Of a stretch of DNA of 64,000 nt, positions 22,133-34,104 are shown one piece after another. The stretch is from Neovahlkampfia damariscottae (lineage: Eukaryota). Under the pieces are notes generated by a model. The model was not told where the DNA came from. It made no database searches and worked only from the letters and a program-made list of their open reading frames with translations. A program made the position numbers and the translations under genes. The stretch is from the NCBI GenBank assembly GCA_016618085.1, contig JABLTG010000043.1, positions 1 through 64,000 on the forward strand, in the 5' to 3' direction. Position 1 is the first letter of the stretch. Each line of letters begins with the position of its first letter.

Positions 22133-23206
22133 TTATTTTGATTCTTTGATTAAGTCATCAACAGCTTTATTTTGATCTCTACCTTCCCAAAATGGTAAAG
22201 TAGCTTCTTCACCCATTTTTTCCCATTGATTCCAATGTTCAACAGGAATATTTGTTTCTTCAGGTAAAACTTTTTCTAATTTTTCAACAATTTTACGTAC
22301 TTCTTTGTGTGCAGTTCCATTTGTTGTAAATTCCATATCATGAGATTTTGACAAATCATAATATTTTTCAGTGACACTTTCCATTGAGTCTATTTCAAAA
22401 GGTTCAACTTTTCTTAAGAATTTAGCAGGACTTCCAACCCAAACTTCACCAGCTGGAATTCTTCTTCCAGGTGGAACTACAGCACCAGCACCTACTTGAG
22501 CACCATCTTCAACAACAGCACCTTCTAAAATAGTAGCTCCATTACCAATAAGACATTGATGACCAACTCTACATGCATGTAATCTAGCTCCGTGACCTTA
22601 TTGTAAAAATTAATTTTTTTTTTTTTTTTTCATTCACTTACCAATGGTTGTGTAATTTCCAATAACAACTTCTGGATCAAAATTTCCGATAGTTACTTTA
22701 TCATCTGTTGTAATCACAGCTCCATCTTGAACGTTTGTATACCCTCCAATTGTAATTTTACTTAAATCTCCTTTGAGAACAGCTCCATACCAAATGGAAG
22801 AGAAATTGTTCAAAAGTACGTTTCCTATGACTGTAGCGTTAGGTGCAATGAAGTTTCCAGAGGTCAAAGAGACTTCTCTTTTGTCAAACCAAACTACATT
22901 TCGATGAAGATTATCTAAAGAAAAAAATTATTTTTTTTTTTTTTTTTTACATAATTCTTTGAATTGTGAATACATCCATCCTAAAGCTCTTCTTCCTTTT
23001 CTACTTTTAATTTCTGATTCTGGAACTGGAATTTCTGTACTTGGATATTCAGCTGGATATTCACTGTGGCTTAGAATTTCGTAATCAGATAAATATTTCA
23101 ATTTTCCTCTTCTTGAGAAAGCCAAAACTTTGTCTCTATTGACAGAAGACTCATTTCTCACAAAAAGTTTTGCAACTTTCGATTTGGAAGCAAAAGTTTT
23201 AAACAT
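22133..23206 (-). CDS. Gamma carbonic anhydrase-like protein (mitochondrial complex I type), 3 exons
   Basis: Presequence-like start; FIAPNATVIGNV, IWYGAVLKGD, TNVQDG, TIG|HGARLHAC, IPAGEVWVGSPAKFLR. Confidence 0.9.
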
Positions 23207-23331
23207 TTTTCTGATTGGCTGAAATTGGGCCAACGTTTTTTTAAATTTATTTAAAGTTAATTATTTCTTTTTATTTTCAATTTCTGGCAAAATGAAGTAG
23301 ACTTGAACTTTTTTACATTTTTATTGGTTGA

Positions 23332-25035
23332 ATGAAAGCGTATGAGAAGTTACTCAGAACATTAGGAGAAACAGATTCAACCATTTTTGATGAATTCCTT
23401 TATGAAACTGATAATCCAAAGTCATTTTTAAATCCTTCAAAAATTTTACCTTCCATTGGAACAAGAAAATTCATTTTAAGAACAAAACATTCAACAGATT
23501 TATCTCTCGTCAACTTGGCAGAAAAAAGACTCATTTTTCAAAAAAAATATGAATTACCTGAAAATGAAAAAGATTTAAATCATGATTTTATTGAAGAAAT
23601 TCCTCTCAATTGGGAGTTTTCAAATCAATACATTTCTTCAAGGATCAATAACGAACCATTCAATGAAGAAAATTCAATTTCAAGAGGTCTATTTGATTTT
23701 ATAAATTCAATTCATGAATTTTCTGAATACGGTTTTGATCCAAGTTTATTGAGCCAATTCTATTTCACTTGCAAAAAGTTATTTGAAAAAAAAAAAGTTA
23801 AAAGAAAAAAAGTTTCAGATCTATTAGAAATATTACCAAAAGTTGATCAAGTTATGAAACAAGAAAAAAAAATTCAACTCTTTCAAAAATTTGTTCAAAT
23901 TCATAAAAAAAAAAAAAAAAGAAAGAAATTAATTGAAATTATGTCAAACTACAATTCATTTATCATTGAAAATCATAAAAGAATCTACAAGAAAGAAGAA
24001 GAGAATGATTCTTTTTTTTTTGAAAAATTTAAAGTTGAAACAAAAAAAGACTTACAAAATTACTTTCGGTTTTATTTGCGGAGTAACAAAAGAACATCAA
24101 CAGAATGGCTTGAAAATGCAGTAAAACATGTTTGGAATACAAAAATACCAAATGATAAATTGAGAATGTCAATAATTGAACAAGTGAAAAATTTAAAAAA
24201 TCAAACTAAAAATCAAATTTATATTCAAATTATCAGGATGTTTATGGATAATGATGATTTTTTAAATATACAGCAACATATTCAATCGATTTGGATTCAA
24301 GAAAATTTTAAAAAAGAAATTGAAAATTTTTACCAATTTTTAAAGTCGATCTCAATTCATCAATGGAAATTAATGAATCCAAATATGATAAAACATTTAA
24401 TAATTCAACAATTTCAACAATCAGAATTGGAAAATTTGACTAAACATTTGTACATTTTCAATTTGTTTTTACCCTCAAATTTGAAATATAAATTAAAAAA
24501 AAGAAGAGCTGTAGAAGATAATTTTTTGAATTTGAGCTTTGAGTTTGATCAAGATAGATTTATTAATAATTCAGTTTTTTCAGAATTAATTCAAGACTGT
24601 CAACAAACAAAAGGAATTGAAGAATTATCAAATAATCACATTGTATCATTCATCTTTCAATTTGACATGAAGATTGCAATCAAAATTTTTCCTTCTTTAC
24701 TTAAACTATTCTTCATTTCAATGAAAAATCTTGAAAAATTCCAGAAGCGAATTTATCATCAAAGGATGAATGAATTTTTATTAATCGAAAATTATGATGA
24801 AATGACATCATTCACCATTTTTAAGAAATTTCATAGCTTCATTGAAATGAAATATCCATTGGATTATTTGATATTGGTTGCTTTACGAAAGAGAAAATTA
24901 AAAGAATTGTCCCTGTTGAACTTGCCAAATAATTTTCCAATCATCAAATATTTTCTTGATACTTTATCAGAATGGTACCAATTTTATAAGGTATTTTGTA
25001 AATTCAATAGAATAAATTTTCAATTTATACTTTGA
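23332..25035 (+). CDS. Hypothetical protein (567 aa)
   Basis: Long uninterrupted ORF; no motif recognised. Confidence 0.55.
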   Translation: MKAYEKLLRTLGETDSTIFDEFLYETDNPKSFLNPSKILPSIGTRKFILRTKHSTDLSLVNLAEKRLIFQKKYELPENEKDLNHDFIEEIPLNWEFSNQYISSRINNEPFNEENSISRGLFDFINSIHEFSEYGFDPSLLSQFYFTCKKLFEKKKVKRKKVSDLLEILPKVDQVMKQEKKIQLFQKFVQIHKKKKKRKKLIEIMSNYNSFIIENHKRIYKKEEENDSFFFEKFKVETKKDLQNYFRFYLRSNKRTSTEWLENAVKHVWNTKIPNDKLRMSIIEQVKNLKNQTKNQIYIQIIRMFMDNDDFLNIQQHIQSIWIQENFKKEIENFYQFLKSISIHQWKLMNPNMIKHLIIQQFQQSELENLTKHLYIFNLFLPSNLKYKLKKRRAVEDNFLNLSFEFDQDRFINNSVFSELIQDCQQTKGIEELSNNHIVSFIFQFDMKIAIKIFPSLLKLFFISMKNLEKFQKRIYHQRMNEFLLIENYDEMTSFTIFKKFHSFIEMKYPLDYLILVALRKRKLKELSLLNLPNNFPIIKYFLDTLSEWYQFYKVFCKFNRINFQFIL

Positions 25036-25106
25036 AACTTATTGAGCGATGAATTTGTTAAAGACAAAAGTGCCAACAAATGTTCTTCAATTTTGACCAA
25101 TCACAA

Positions 25107-26368
25107 ATGGGAAATTCACTCAAACAAAAAAAGAATGTCTCTAATATTGAGGATTTGAAAGAAAAAAAGAAACCAAAAAGATCTTTTCTTCCAACACTTG
25201 AAGTAGACACAGACTTCAAATTTTACCTTCTTGGCAGTCAATTCAGTGGGAAATCAACGTTTTATGAACAGCTTGAAAATACAATCGAAGAATATACCAA
25301 AGAACAAAAAAAAGAAAAAATAATTCATATTCAGAAATTTATCCTCTCAAATATTCTTTGTGTTCATGATGAACCAATCAACATTCAAACAAAAGAAAGT
25401 AAAGACTATTTTGAGCACATATGCCAGTTTTACGAATTTTATGATATTATTGTAGAAGAAGGATATGAAAAGAACCATCCCAAAATCATCAAACTTTTTG
25501 AGGAATCTGATATTTTTGAAGTGTTGAAAAAGAAAGACATTGAAACATTTCATGAAAAATCTTCGCTTCAGTAATCAATTAAATATGTTTTAAAACCTTT
25601 AGTTTCTTTAAAAATATGTATATGTTCAACCCTGAAGTCTATATTCCAACCATGGAAGATGTTATTCATACAAGAAAATTCAACTCCCAATTTGCCAAGA
25701 TTATGGATTATGAATTCAAAAACAAAACTTATAGATTTATTGATCAATCAGGAAATCCAAATATTCGGGATCATTATAGGTATTTCAATAGAAATTACAA
25801 TAGAAAAAATCATAGAGACAATAAGACACCATTATTCATTATGTCATCAACAGATTATTTTCAAATGGTTACAACATATCCAGAGAACAGATTGATTGAC
25901 TCATTAGAATATTTTGGTCATATTATTGAGGGAAGGTTCTATTTTAAATCTGATAAAGTAATCTTGATTCTTTCAAAGTTTGATGTGTTTCTGAAATACT
26001 ACAAAGAAAATGATCTTTCAAAGTTATTTCATGGGTATAAAGGAGGACAAGATATCAAAAATATGATAGATTTTATCGTTAATGAATTCAAAAAACGAAC
26101 ACCAAAAGATGTGAAATTATCAGTTTTGATTGGTGACTTGACTGACAGTGATCAATTCAATATTATGATTGAAGACGTTGAAAATATTGCAAATGGATCA
26201 TTGGTGATTGGAGATTATCGAGTTTACAAAACAAAAGAAAAATTCTATTTTGATGAATCTGATCTTTTTGAAATTATGAAAAAGAAATATAATAGATATT
26301 CTCAATGTTTAAAATTTCATAAATTAGAAGATGTAAACTATATATTTCGTTCAATAAACAAATTTTGA
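25107..26368 (+). CDS. Divergent heterotrimeric G-protein alpha subunit
   Basis: MGNS myristoylation start, LLGSQFSGKST, YIPTMEDVIHTR, FIDQSG, NRLIDSLEYF, LILSKFD; intron about 25571-25602. Confidence 0.85.
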
Positions 26369-26493
26369 GTTGAAAAGAAAGTCAACAATTCTTCGTTGTC
26401 ACGAATTTAAAATGAGAAAATGATCAATCTAAAAGGTTTCAATTTCAAAAAGAAAAGTAAAATGAATCAATGAAACAATCCAAATGTCATATT

Positions 26494-27122
26494 TTATTGA
26501 TTGGGTTTGATCGTTTTTTCAAAATGAATTGGAAATGATACAGGAATTCCTAAATATCTTACATATGCTTTTCCATCAAATTCAAGTACAATTTCACCTT
26601 TTTGAACAATATCAGATGTCATTTGCTTTAAAACATCATCTGGAATATTTTCTATTCTATCATTGATTTCAAACCGAATTTGAGATGTAGTTTGTGGTTT
26701 TATCAATCCAATGTTCATTTTTTGGACTGTCGCCATTTTGATCCCTTTGTATTTAACATCAACAACTACATGATCAATTGGAATTTCAATTCTTCCTTGA
26801 TATGAAGTTGAAAAAGTGACATTTCCATTGACAAAAATTGAATTGGAAGATGATGGATCGAATTTAAAGTCAAAAAGTTCAAAGTTTTGGTTTTTGATAA
26901 TTGGAATATATGGAAATATATACCAGATTGTATATCCCAAAGAAAATGATGCAATTAAAAAAATGATGGACAAAAAACAACATAAACTGATACAACTGGT
27001 TTTGGATTAGATTTGATGTTTTAAACTTACCAACCAACGGTACAAGAGAGTATTTTCGGTTGCTTTCCGAATGTTGGTGATTTCTTCACTGGTTGGTATT
27101 CTATTCTGTTATTTGAATCCAT
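26494..27122 (-). CDS. Membrane-anchored LEA_2/WHy-like beta-sandwich protein
   Basis: TM helix, then IPIDHVVVDVKYKG...LIKPQTTS...FDGKAYVRYLGIPVSFP; one intron near 27007-27030. Confidence 0.6.
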
Positions 27123-27288
27123 GATTATTTTTCAATTCTCAACCACACATTTTTCAAATAGTTTTTGATGATTGGCTCATTCATTCGGAAAATGAATCCA
27201 TCACATTTATCCTCAGTGTGTTCAATTTGAATTGATTTCAGGGTTTGTTTTAAAAAACTAAAAGCGTCCAATCATATCATTCAACAAC

Positions 27289-28219
27289 ATGAACAACAAC
27301 TTTAGTGATGACCTGCTGTTCAACATTTTTTCTTTTTTGAATCCAGTGGAACTAACAAAAATGAGTTTAGTTACAAAAAAGTGGAAAATTGCGTCACAAA
27401 AAGATTATCTTTGGAAACCTTTCTTTGACAGTTTCATCTCAAAAAAATTCGAAAAAACTCTTAAAAACCTAAAAGAGTTATACATCCAAAAGAAGTATTT
27501 ATTTGAAAAACCAAGGAACATGAAAACTTATAAGTGGAAATTTATTTATAATCAAACATTTAAAACTGTTCAATTCAAGAATTCACCCAAAATACTCAAC
27601 AACACCATGGACAAGGGAATTTTCCAAATTGAGGTATTTTATAACTATTGTCCCTGGAGATATGTCAACTCTTTATTTACATATTATTGAATATCAGGGT
27701 GAATTATATATAATGGGAAATGATTTTCATGGATATTTAATGAAAAACGAATTTAACGATGAATATAAAGCATCAATGAGATCTGTTATTTATGGGCAAT
27801 GGTATAGAACTGCTGAATCTGACAAATTGGAGAAATTTCATTTTAAATCAATCATTCATTCAGAAATTTTTGATTTATTTGAAAAAGGTTTCATTACAAA
27901 GCTTCTCCAGAATTATTCATTTTTTGAAGACTTTTTCATTTCTACCATTTCGAACATATATTTTTTTTGAAAAACAATCATTGTATGATTTGATAGAAGA
28001 GATTAAACTCAAAATATTCAAGATCAAGAAATGAAAGATATGTATTTAAAAGATGAAAATCACAGATATTCCATCGATATTTTTTTGAAAGATTTTGAAC
28101 AAGATGAATATTTAGAAGATATTTGGAAAATCCAATATTATCAGTTCAATTTGGTGGTTGATAAAGATGATTTTCAACTTCAGAGTTCCATCCTAATTAA
28201 TCAAAAAATAAATATTTGA
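27289..28219 (+). CDS. F-box protein (downstream part split by introns or frameshifts; may be a pseudogene)
   Basis: FSDDLLFNIFSFLNPVELTKMSLVTKKWKIASQKDYLWK. Confidence 0.65.
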
Positions 28220-28607
28220 CTCCTTTTTGAAACAAACTCAAATCAAACTTCTCAAATTGATAATGTGAACTTGAATTATAATAACAAACTACAATTGTTA
28301 AAAGAAATTTTCGAAAATTTGTTTCAGGAGACAATATCAATTGGCAATTTTTTGATTTTTCTGATATATGACATTTCTTTGCAGTAAGTTCTTTGAACAA
28401 AAGCAACCCAAAAATGTCATCGCAGCTGAAAATTGCATTGCTTTAAAAGGAAATCTCTTTTTCTCCAAACTCCCAAACAAGACAAATTTCAGTGATTGGA
28501 CTCGAAAAATGACCTATTTTGGACAACTGAGAAATTTTGTTTTTTTTCAGCAGAAAGAGAAATTTCATATCGACAAGTAAAAGTAATCTAAAAGAAATAG
28601 TGTATTG

Positions 28608-29030
28608 TTACATTGAATTTTTTTTTGTCTGGTTGGTTGAGTTTATCTCATTCATCAAATGCTGAATAGAAGGCAAACAATCTTCATTTGTTTTATCCAA
28701 GATGTAGTCAATTTCACCCTTGGAGTTTCTTTGTTTCTTTGTGCCCTTCTGTATTTCTTTTTTTGGAGGTTGAACTGTGAAGGCTATTTCATGAGCTATT
28801 TCAGCACTTTCTTTCACTTTGAATTCAATAAAAGGAGATTTTACGGTTGAAATATTGGTTCTTTGAGCATGGTATGGCCATCTTTGAATACCTAACGTTT
28901 TTTTAGTGGATAAGAGTATTTTACCATTTTTCTTACATATCGCTGTCAGATCACTGAGAGATATTCCCATAAGAGAAGCTGCGTATGACTTTGGATATGA
29001 TGAATACTTTAAAATGTCTTCGATGTCCAT
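28608..29030 (-). CDS. Small RWP-RK domain protein (copy 1)
   Basis: ILKYSSYPKSYAASLMGISLSDLTAICKKNG|IQRWPYH; in-frame 33-nt intron 28892-28924. Confidence 0.85.
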   Translation of the reverse strand: MDIEDILKYSSYPKSYAASLMGISLSDLTAICKKNGKILLSTKKTLGIQRWPYHAQRTNISTVKSPFIEFKVKESAEIAHEIAFTVQPPKKEIQKGTKKQRNSKGEIDYILDKTNEDCLPSIQHLMNEINSTNQTKKNSM

Positions 29031-29845
29031 CCCAAACTTTTCAAAGTGAAAACTGAACTAACCAATTAAAACGCGTAATTTTATCGAATTGGAAGTGGAT
29101 AAATTTCTTGACATGTCGTGCAACATTTAATTTTAAAACCTTAGGAGTGAGAATTTTTTTATATACATTGGAGTGTTCAAAAGATACAAATTTGGAAATA
29201 TTCATGTCCTACAGAGGCCAGAATCGGCAGTTCAACTTTCCTGATTTAGAATACAGTAATTGTCAAAAAAAACTTTTCACTTTTTGTTTTTCTTCGTTTA
29301 AACATACTCTCCAGTGTTTGTTTTATCCAGGCTGAATACTGATATCAAAATTTGAGATTCTTTTAAATGAATTAGAAATTGATGTACAAATTCAGAATCC
29401 AAAAAAACATCTGTTTGATGTTCATCATAAAAAGTTTACTTTTCTGGTATTTTTTCTTTTTTGTTGGAATCAACTTTGATGTTTCACTAATTTGTGAGAA
29501 ATGTGTCACATTCTCACCATGATGTTAAAGATTCAGTGATTTTTTTCTCAGAGAAAGATCTTCGGAAATGTATTTGTAGGTAGAAGTATCAGTTGGTTCG
29601 TATACTTCTGTTTCACATCCGTTGCTCTGAAAGTTTTTCAGCCAATAGGATTTTTTTTTCCAATTTGAGGCATGTAGTATCAGTTATTTTTGGAAAGTTG
29701 AGAAATAGAGGAATATCAAATAATATTCAAAAAAAACTTGCAAAAATCAGTTTAGGAATCTTTTCCAATTTCTGCATTGAGAAATTCAAAATGATTCGCT
29801 GTTTATAAAAAGTCTAACGTTCCATTGGACAAATTTAGAAAACAA

Positions 29846-30257
29846 ATGGAGCTTCACATGATCCGTCAATACGCCAAACTCCCAAAATCTTATGCTGCAT
29901 CATTGATGGGAATATCAATCTCTGAATTAACTCAACTATGCAAGAGAAACGGTAAAGAAGTCACAAATTATTTCTGAAGTTTTAGGTATAAACAGATGGC
30001 CATATCACTCACAAAAGAGAAATGAAATGAAAGGATATTCACCATTTAATGAATTCACTCTACAAGATCCTCTACCTTATGTTGTGGCCAAAAAGAAGAA
30101 AAAAAGAATCAAAAATTCTGGAGACACTAAAGACGTGAAAGGTGACATCAATTTTGTTTTGTTGACTTCTTCAGAACAAGAACTTCCTTCATTTCAAGAA
30201 CTTATGAAAAACATCTTCAATCAAAATGATGAAACTGAATTGTCCAAAATGCAGTGA
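29846..30257 (+). CDS. Small RWP-RK domain protein (copy 2)
   Basis: MELHMIRQYAKLPKSYAASLMGISISELTQLCKRNG|INRWPYH; intron 29952-29985. Confidence 0.85.
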
Positions 30258-30377
30258 AACTAAAATAAAAAAATAAAACCTCTTCATGCATGTTGATCTT
30301 TTTCTCAAGAAATAAGTCACCTTATGAGAATGTACATTCTTAAAACGACAAAAAAAATCCGAGTCTCTGAAATCTGT

Positions 30378-31449
30378 TTATTGAAAATAGTAGTTCTTGT
30401 AGCTTTCTACATATTCATTCTTTTCGTCCTGAATTTTTGAAAATTCTTTTTTTGCTTTCGAAAATGTTTTCTCCGATTTTTCTTCTTCGGATTTTTCCAA
30501 GTATAATTGACTTAAATGAATCAATACACCAACAAAATCTAAAGTTAATTCTAATGTCAAGCTTTTTTCATTTTCAAATATTTTAATTGCTTCAAAAAAT
30601 TGTTGTTCTGATTTGTCAAATTGTTTCAAGTGATGCCAGTATAAATTTGCCAGTTTTGAAATAGATATGCAAAGAGATGATAAATCTGATTTGAAAATAT
30701 TGAGATTTTGAATACTTTCTTTGTAAAGTTGTTCTGATTTTTTTGGTTCTTTGAGTAATACATACATATCTGCTTGTAGACCTAAAATGACACCCAATAA
30801 ATTTGAAATTTTTTCTTTTTGTTCTGTATTAATTTGTTTACAATCATTCAAAATAATTTTGCAAAAATCACTCCATACGATTGTTGACTGTGAGATGTTA
30901 ATTTTTTTTTTTTTTTTTTTACTCTTGGGTTCATTGATTTTTTAGAAATCATGGCAATATGTAAATAATATAAAGATTTTGAAATTTTTTCATCAACTGA
31001 AACTTGTTTTTTTTCTTCTTCCAAAGGTCTGGCATATTGTGAAATTTCTTCTAATTTTTTTTCACCATTTTGGAATTTCCATGTTTCACTCCATTGAGTT
31101 TCTAAAAAACTTTCAACTAAATGTTGGTGAAATAAGTTCTTTTCTAATTTTTTTATTTCTTTTTCGCACCTAATTTTTTTAAATTTTTTTTCAACTTTGC
31201 TTACTTTGGACATTTTTCAATTTCAGATGCACAATATGAACACAATAAATGTTTACAAGGATATAAAACTGTAGTTTCAACCAAATAAGAATTACAAGAT
31301 CCACACAAAAAATCTTCTGTTGTTAAAATATTATCATCAGGAGTTTGATCCATAGGGCATTTTTTTTCATTTTTCAGCGAAGCCTTTTGTTGATATGGAC
31401 ATTTCATACCTTTTTCAACTTTAGGGTGACCTTCAGGTAACTGTTCCAT
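30378..31449 (-). CDS. NCA1: RING finger + TPR-like protein resembling plant catalase chaperone NCA1
   Basis: N-terminal CP motifs, RING CGSC...PCKHLLCSYC...CPK|C, then LLGVILGLQADMY...LYKESI...ISISKLANLY, which resembles the NCA1 TPR region as I recall it. Confidence 0.6.
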
Positions 31450-31799
31450 TTATTCAAGTATATTCAACCAATAGAACGTGAAGTTTCAATTTTTTTAATA
31501 AAAGTACTTTGATAGTCAAAGTTGAGAATCATGAGAACCTCATCTACTGTTTCAAAGAAGCTCAAGAAAAAAATTACAAAATATTGCCAAAATTTTTTTT
31601 TCTATTTTTTCTGTCAGAAAAGAAGTAAATGGATCAAGAGATTCTTTTTTAAAAATCAACATACGCATTATTATACATGACGAAGAAATTCTGAATGTCC
31701 TCATCGTGCAAAGCTACAAAGTGGCTTGCGTGAAAGTGTCGTACTCATGATTACTTTCACGTCTTTGAAATAAAAAAAATTTAAAGAATCAACATTTTT

Positions 31800-32435
31800 T
31801 CATTTATTTTTCAGTAACTCTTTTGGAACTAACTCAAAAAGTTGTTGATTTAATTCTTTAATTTTTGGCATCCATTTTTTCTTTATCTCCGAAAAATCTT
31901 CGAATTCAGTGTTCATTAAATCATAAAAAACATCATTGGCAACAGTGTAATCAATGATTTTACCTTCTTTTAAAATTTGAATTCCTTCCATTAAATACCG
32001 AATTGAATGAAAAACATTCTTCTTTGATTTGTGAAGATCATTTTCTTTGTTCCATAAAATTTTAGCATAATGAAAACATTTTGAAGATATAGATGAAACA
32101 CCTATTCTTAATTGAGCTTTATCTAATTCAAAATACTTGGAATATTCAATCTTTTCGTATTTAAGTTTTGAAGTTGTGAAAATGTTTTCAATCACTGGCA
32201 TGAAATGATCTTGGATATCCTTTTTAAATTTGGATTCATTATGTAAATTAAAATCGATGGATTTGAATTCTATTGTGGATGATGGAACTTTGATTTTATC
32301 TTTTACAACTACACAGTAATCCCAATCTGACTGTTTAGTATTTGTTCCATAAACATGTGAACCGTATGTATATATTGCTAGGATATCTTCTTCTTCAATT
32401 TTTAAAACTTTTGAGATTTCACTACTATTCAACAT
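31800..32435 (-). CDS. Pol-beta superfamily nucleotidyltransferase with helical C-terminal domain
   Basis: YTYGSHVYGTNTKQSDWDY (GS...DxD); KSKKNVFHSIRYLMEGIQI; intron-less. Confidence 0.8.
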   Translation of the reverse strand: MLNSSEISKVLKIEEEDILAIYTYGSHVYGTNTKQSDWDYCVVVKDKIKVPSSTIEFKSIDFNLHNESKFKKDIQDHFMPVIENIFTTSKLKYEKIEYSKYFELDKAQLRIGVSSISSKCFHYAKILWNKENDLHKSKKNVFHSIRYLMEGIQILKEGKIIDYTVANDVFYDLMNTEFEDFSEIKKKWMPKIKELNQQLFELVPKELLKNK

Positions 32436-32530
32436 CCAAAAAAACCAAAAATCAAGATGATTGGACAATAAAAATAGAAAAATTATTTGAAATTGAATGT
32501 TTATTTTACAATTTTGTTCTATTTTAGAAC

Positions 32531-34075
32531 TTATTGAATGGTTTGAGTATCAACCAACGAGATTTCTTCAACTTTGTCAATGACAGTTCTTTTTGACTTT
32601 TGACTGATTACAAGTTCATCATATGTATCAAGAATTCTGTGATGATTAAGAGGTCTTTTTGCATTTTCAGTTTTTCTCTTCAAAATAACATCATTGAGTT
32701 TTGGTAAGAGAAAGATTTTTCTTTGATGAAGCGCAGTATTATACATTGATGCTGAAATACCTTCACCCAAATCAATATAACTATAATAACTAACTTTGCA
32801 TAAACTAGATGATTTTAACTCGATCATCAAACATCCATGCATATTGCCTCGTACATATCCTTTTGAAAGTTTTGCTTTTGTATGATTGCAATTTTTCAAC
32901 AGTAACATGATACTCTTTTTTGGTTTATTCCTTTTCGCAGAAAAACAAACAACGAATTCTCTTGGTTTAAAAGATGGTAATTTATACTTCAAAATGCAAA
33001 CTGAACCAGGTCCATCATTTTTGATTGGAATATAATCAATGTTCTCGATTTTTTCAAGTCCATTGTGCAATTCTGTTAAACCAGCACAATATCCATTTAA
33101 AATATCATCTGGTAAAAATTAATTTTCGGTTTTTTTTTTTCTCACTTGGTTCAAATGGAAGAAAACCAGTTTCTCGAATCATGTAAAATGAGGATCCATC
33201 ACATTGAATTGTATTTTTAGAAACTGATACTGTATAACTTTGTTCTTTGCTTAAAGTTGTCCAGTACTCTTCTGGTTGTAGATTTGTGAACAATTGAAAG
33301 TCTGTGAAAAATTGTTAAATTTTTTTTTGAGTAATTCTAACCTGAATCTGAGATAGCTGCGGTAATTGTAGGTTTAAATCTTTCCGGTCTTGTATCTTTT
33401 TTTTTGTCTTTTGGTGAATCTGATTTTGTTTCTTCTTCTAATTCTTGATCTTCGTCAGCAATAATGTCTTTAATTAAATGTTGATTTCTTCTGATAAACT
33501 TTTTCCAACTTTCTGATTTTAAGAATCCAGGAGCGTTGTCTCTCTCAAGTTCAAAAAAAATTATCAAACTAACAACATCAAATAAGTTGAAAGGACAGTG
33601 ATCTTCAGTGCATGACGTGAATTGTTGATTTAGTATTGTTTTTTCTTTATGTGGTAAATTAAGTTCATATTGAGCATGTGGTTGTAAAAAAGTGAACATA
33701 ATTTTCGTAGCTTCCAAATAACGATTATAACTATTCTTTAACACTCTATATGCATCTACTCTTTGGATGAAAGCAATATTTTCTAATTGTTTAATATATG
33801 ATCAAATGTTTACCTTCACATCGTTTTTCAATTGTGAATTGTTGAATTAAGTCACGAATTTCTTCAACATCGTACATTTTTGAAAAAGAGAAAGGAATAT
33901 CTTCAATATCAATACCACCTTCTTCATATTCACTTTGAAGTTTTCTTTTCTTGGTTGTTGTGGTTGTAGTTGTTTGTGATTCTGTTGTTTCACTCCATGT
34001 ATCGTTAAACTTTGACATTTTTGACAGAGCAGAGTTTGATTGGTTAAGCGGCTGGATATTTCTCCTTTTCTCCAT
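32531..34075 (-). CDS. RGS + START domain protein, multi-exon
   Basis: CE|ENIAF...YELNL...LERDNAPGFLKSESW (RGS); KPREFVV...GYVRG...YIDLGEG (START). Confidence 0.8.
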
Positions 34076-34104
34076 TTTTGGATAAATTGATTGAAGACAT
34101 TTTA

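Noticed and set aside
31670..31800. SECIS element for the nucleotidyltransferase gene
   Set aside because: No convincing AUGA/GA quartet geometry and no internal in-frame TGA at a plausible site.
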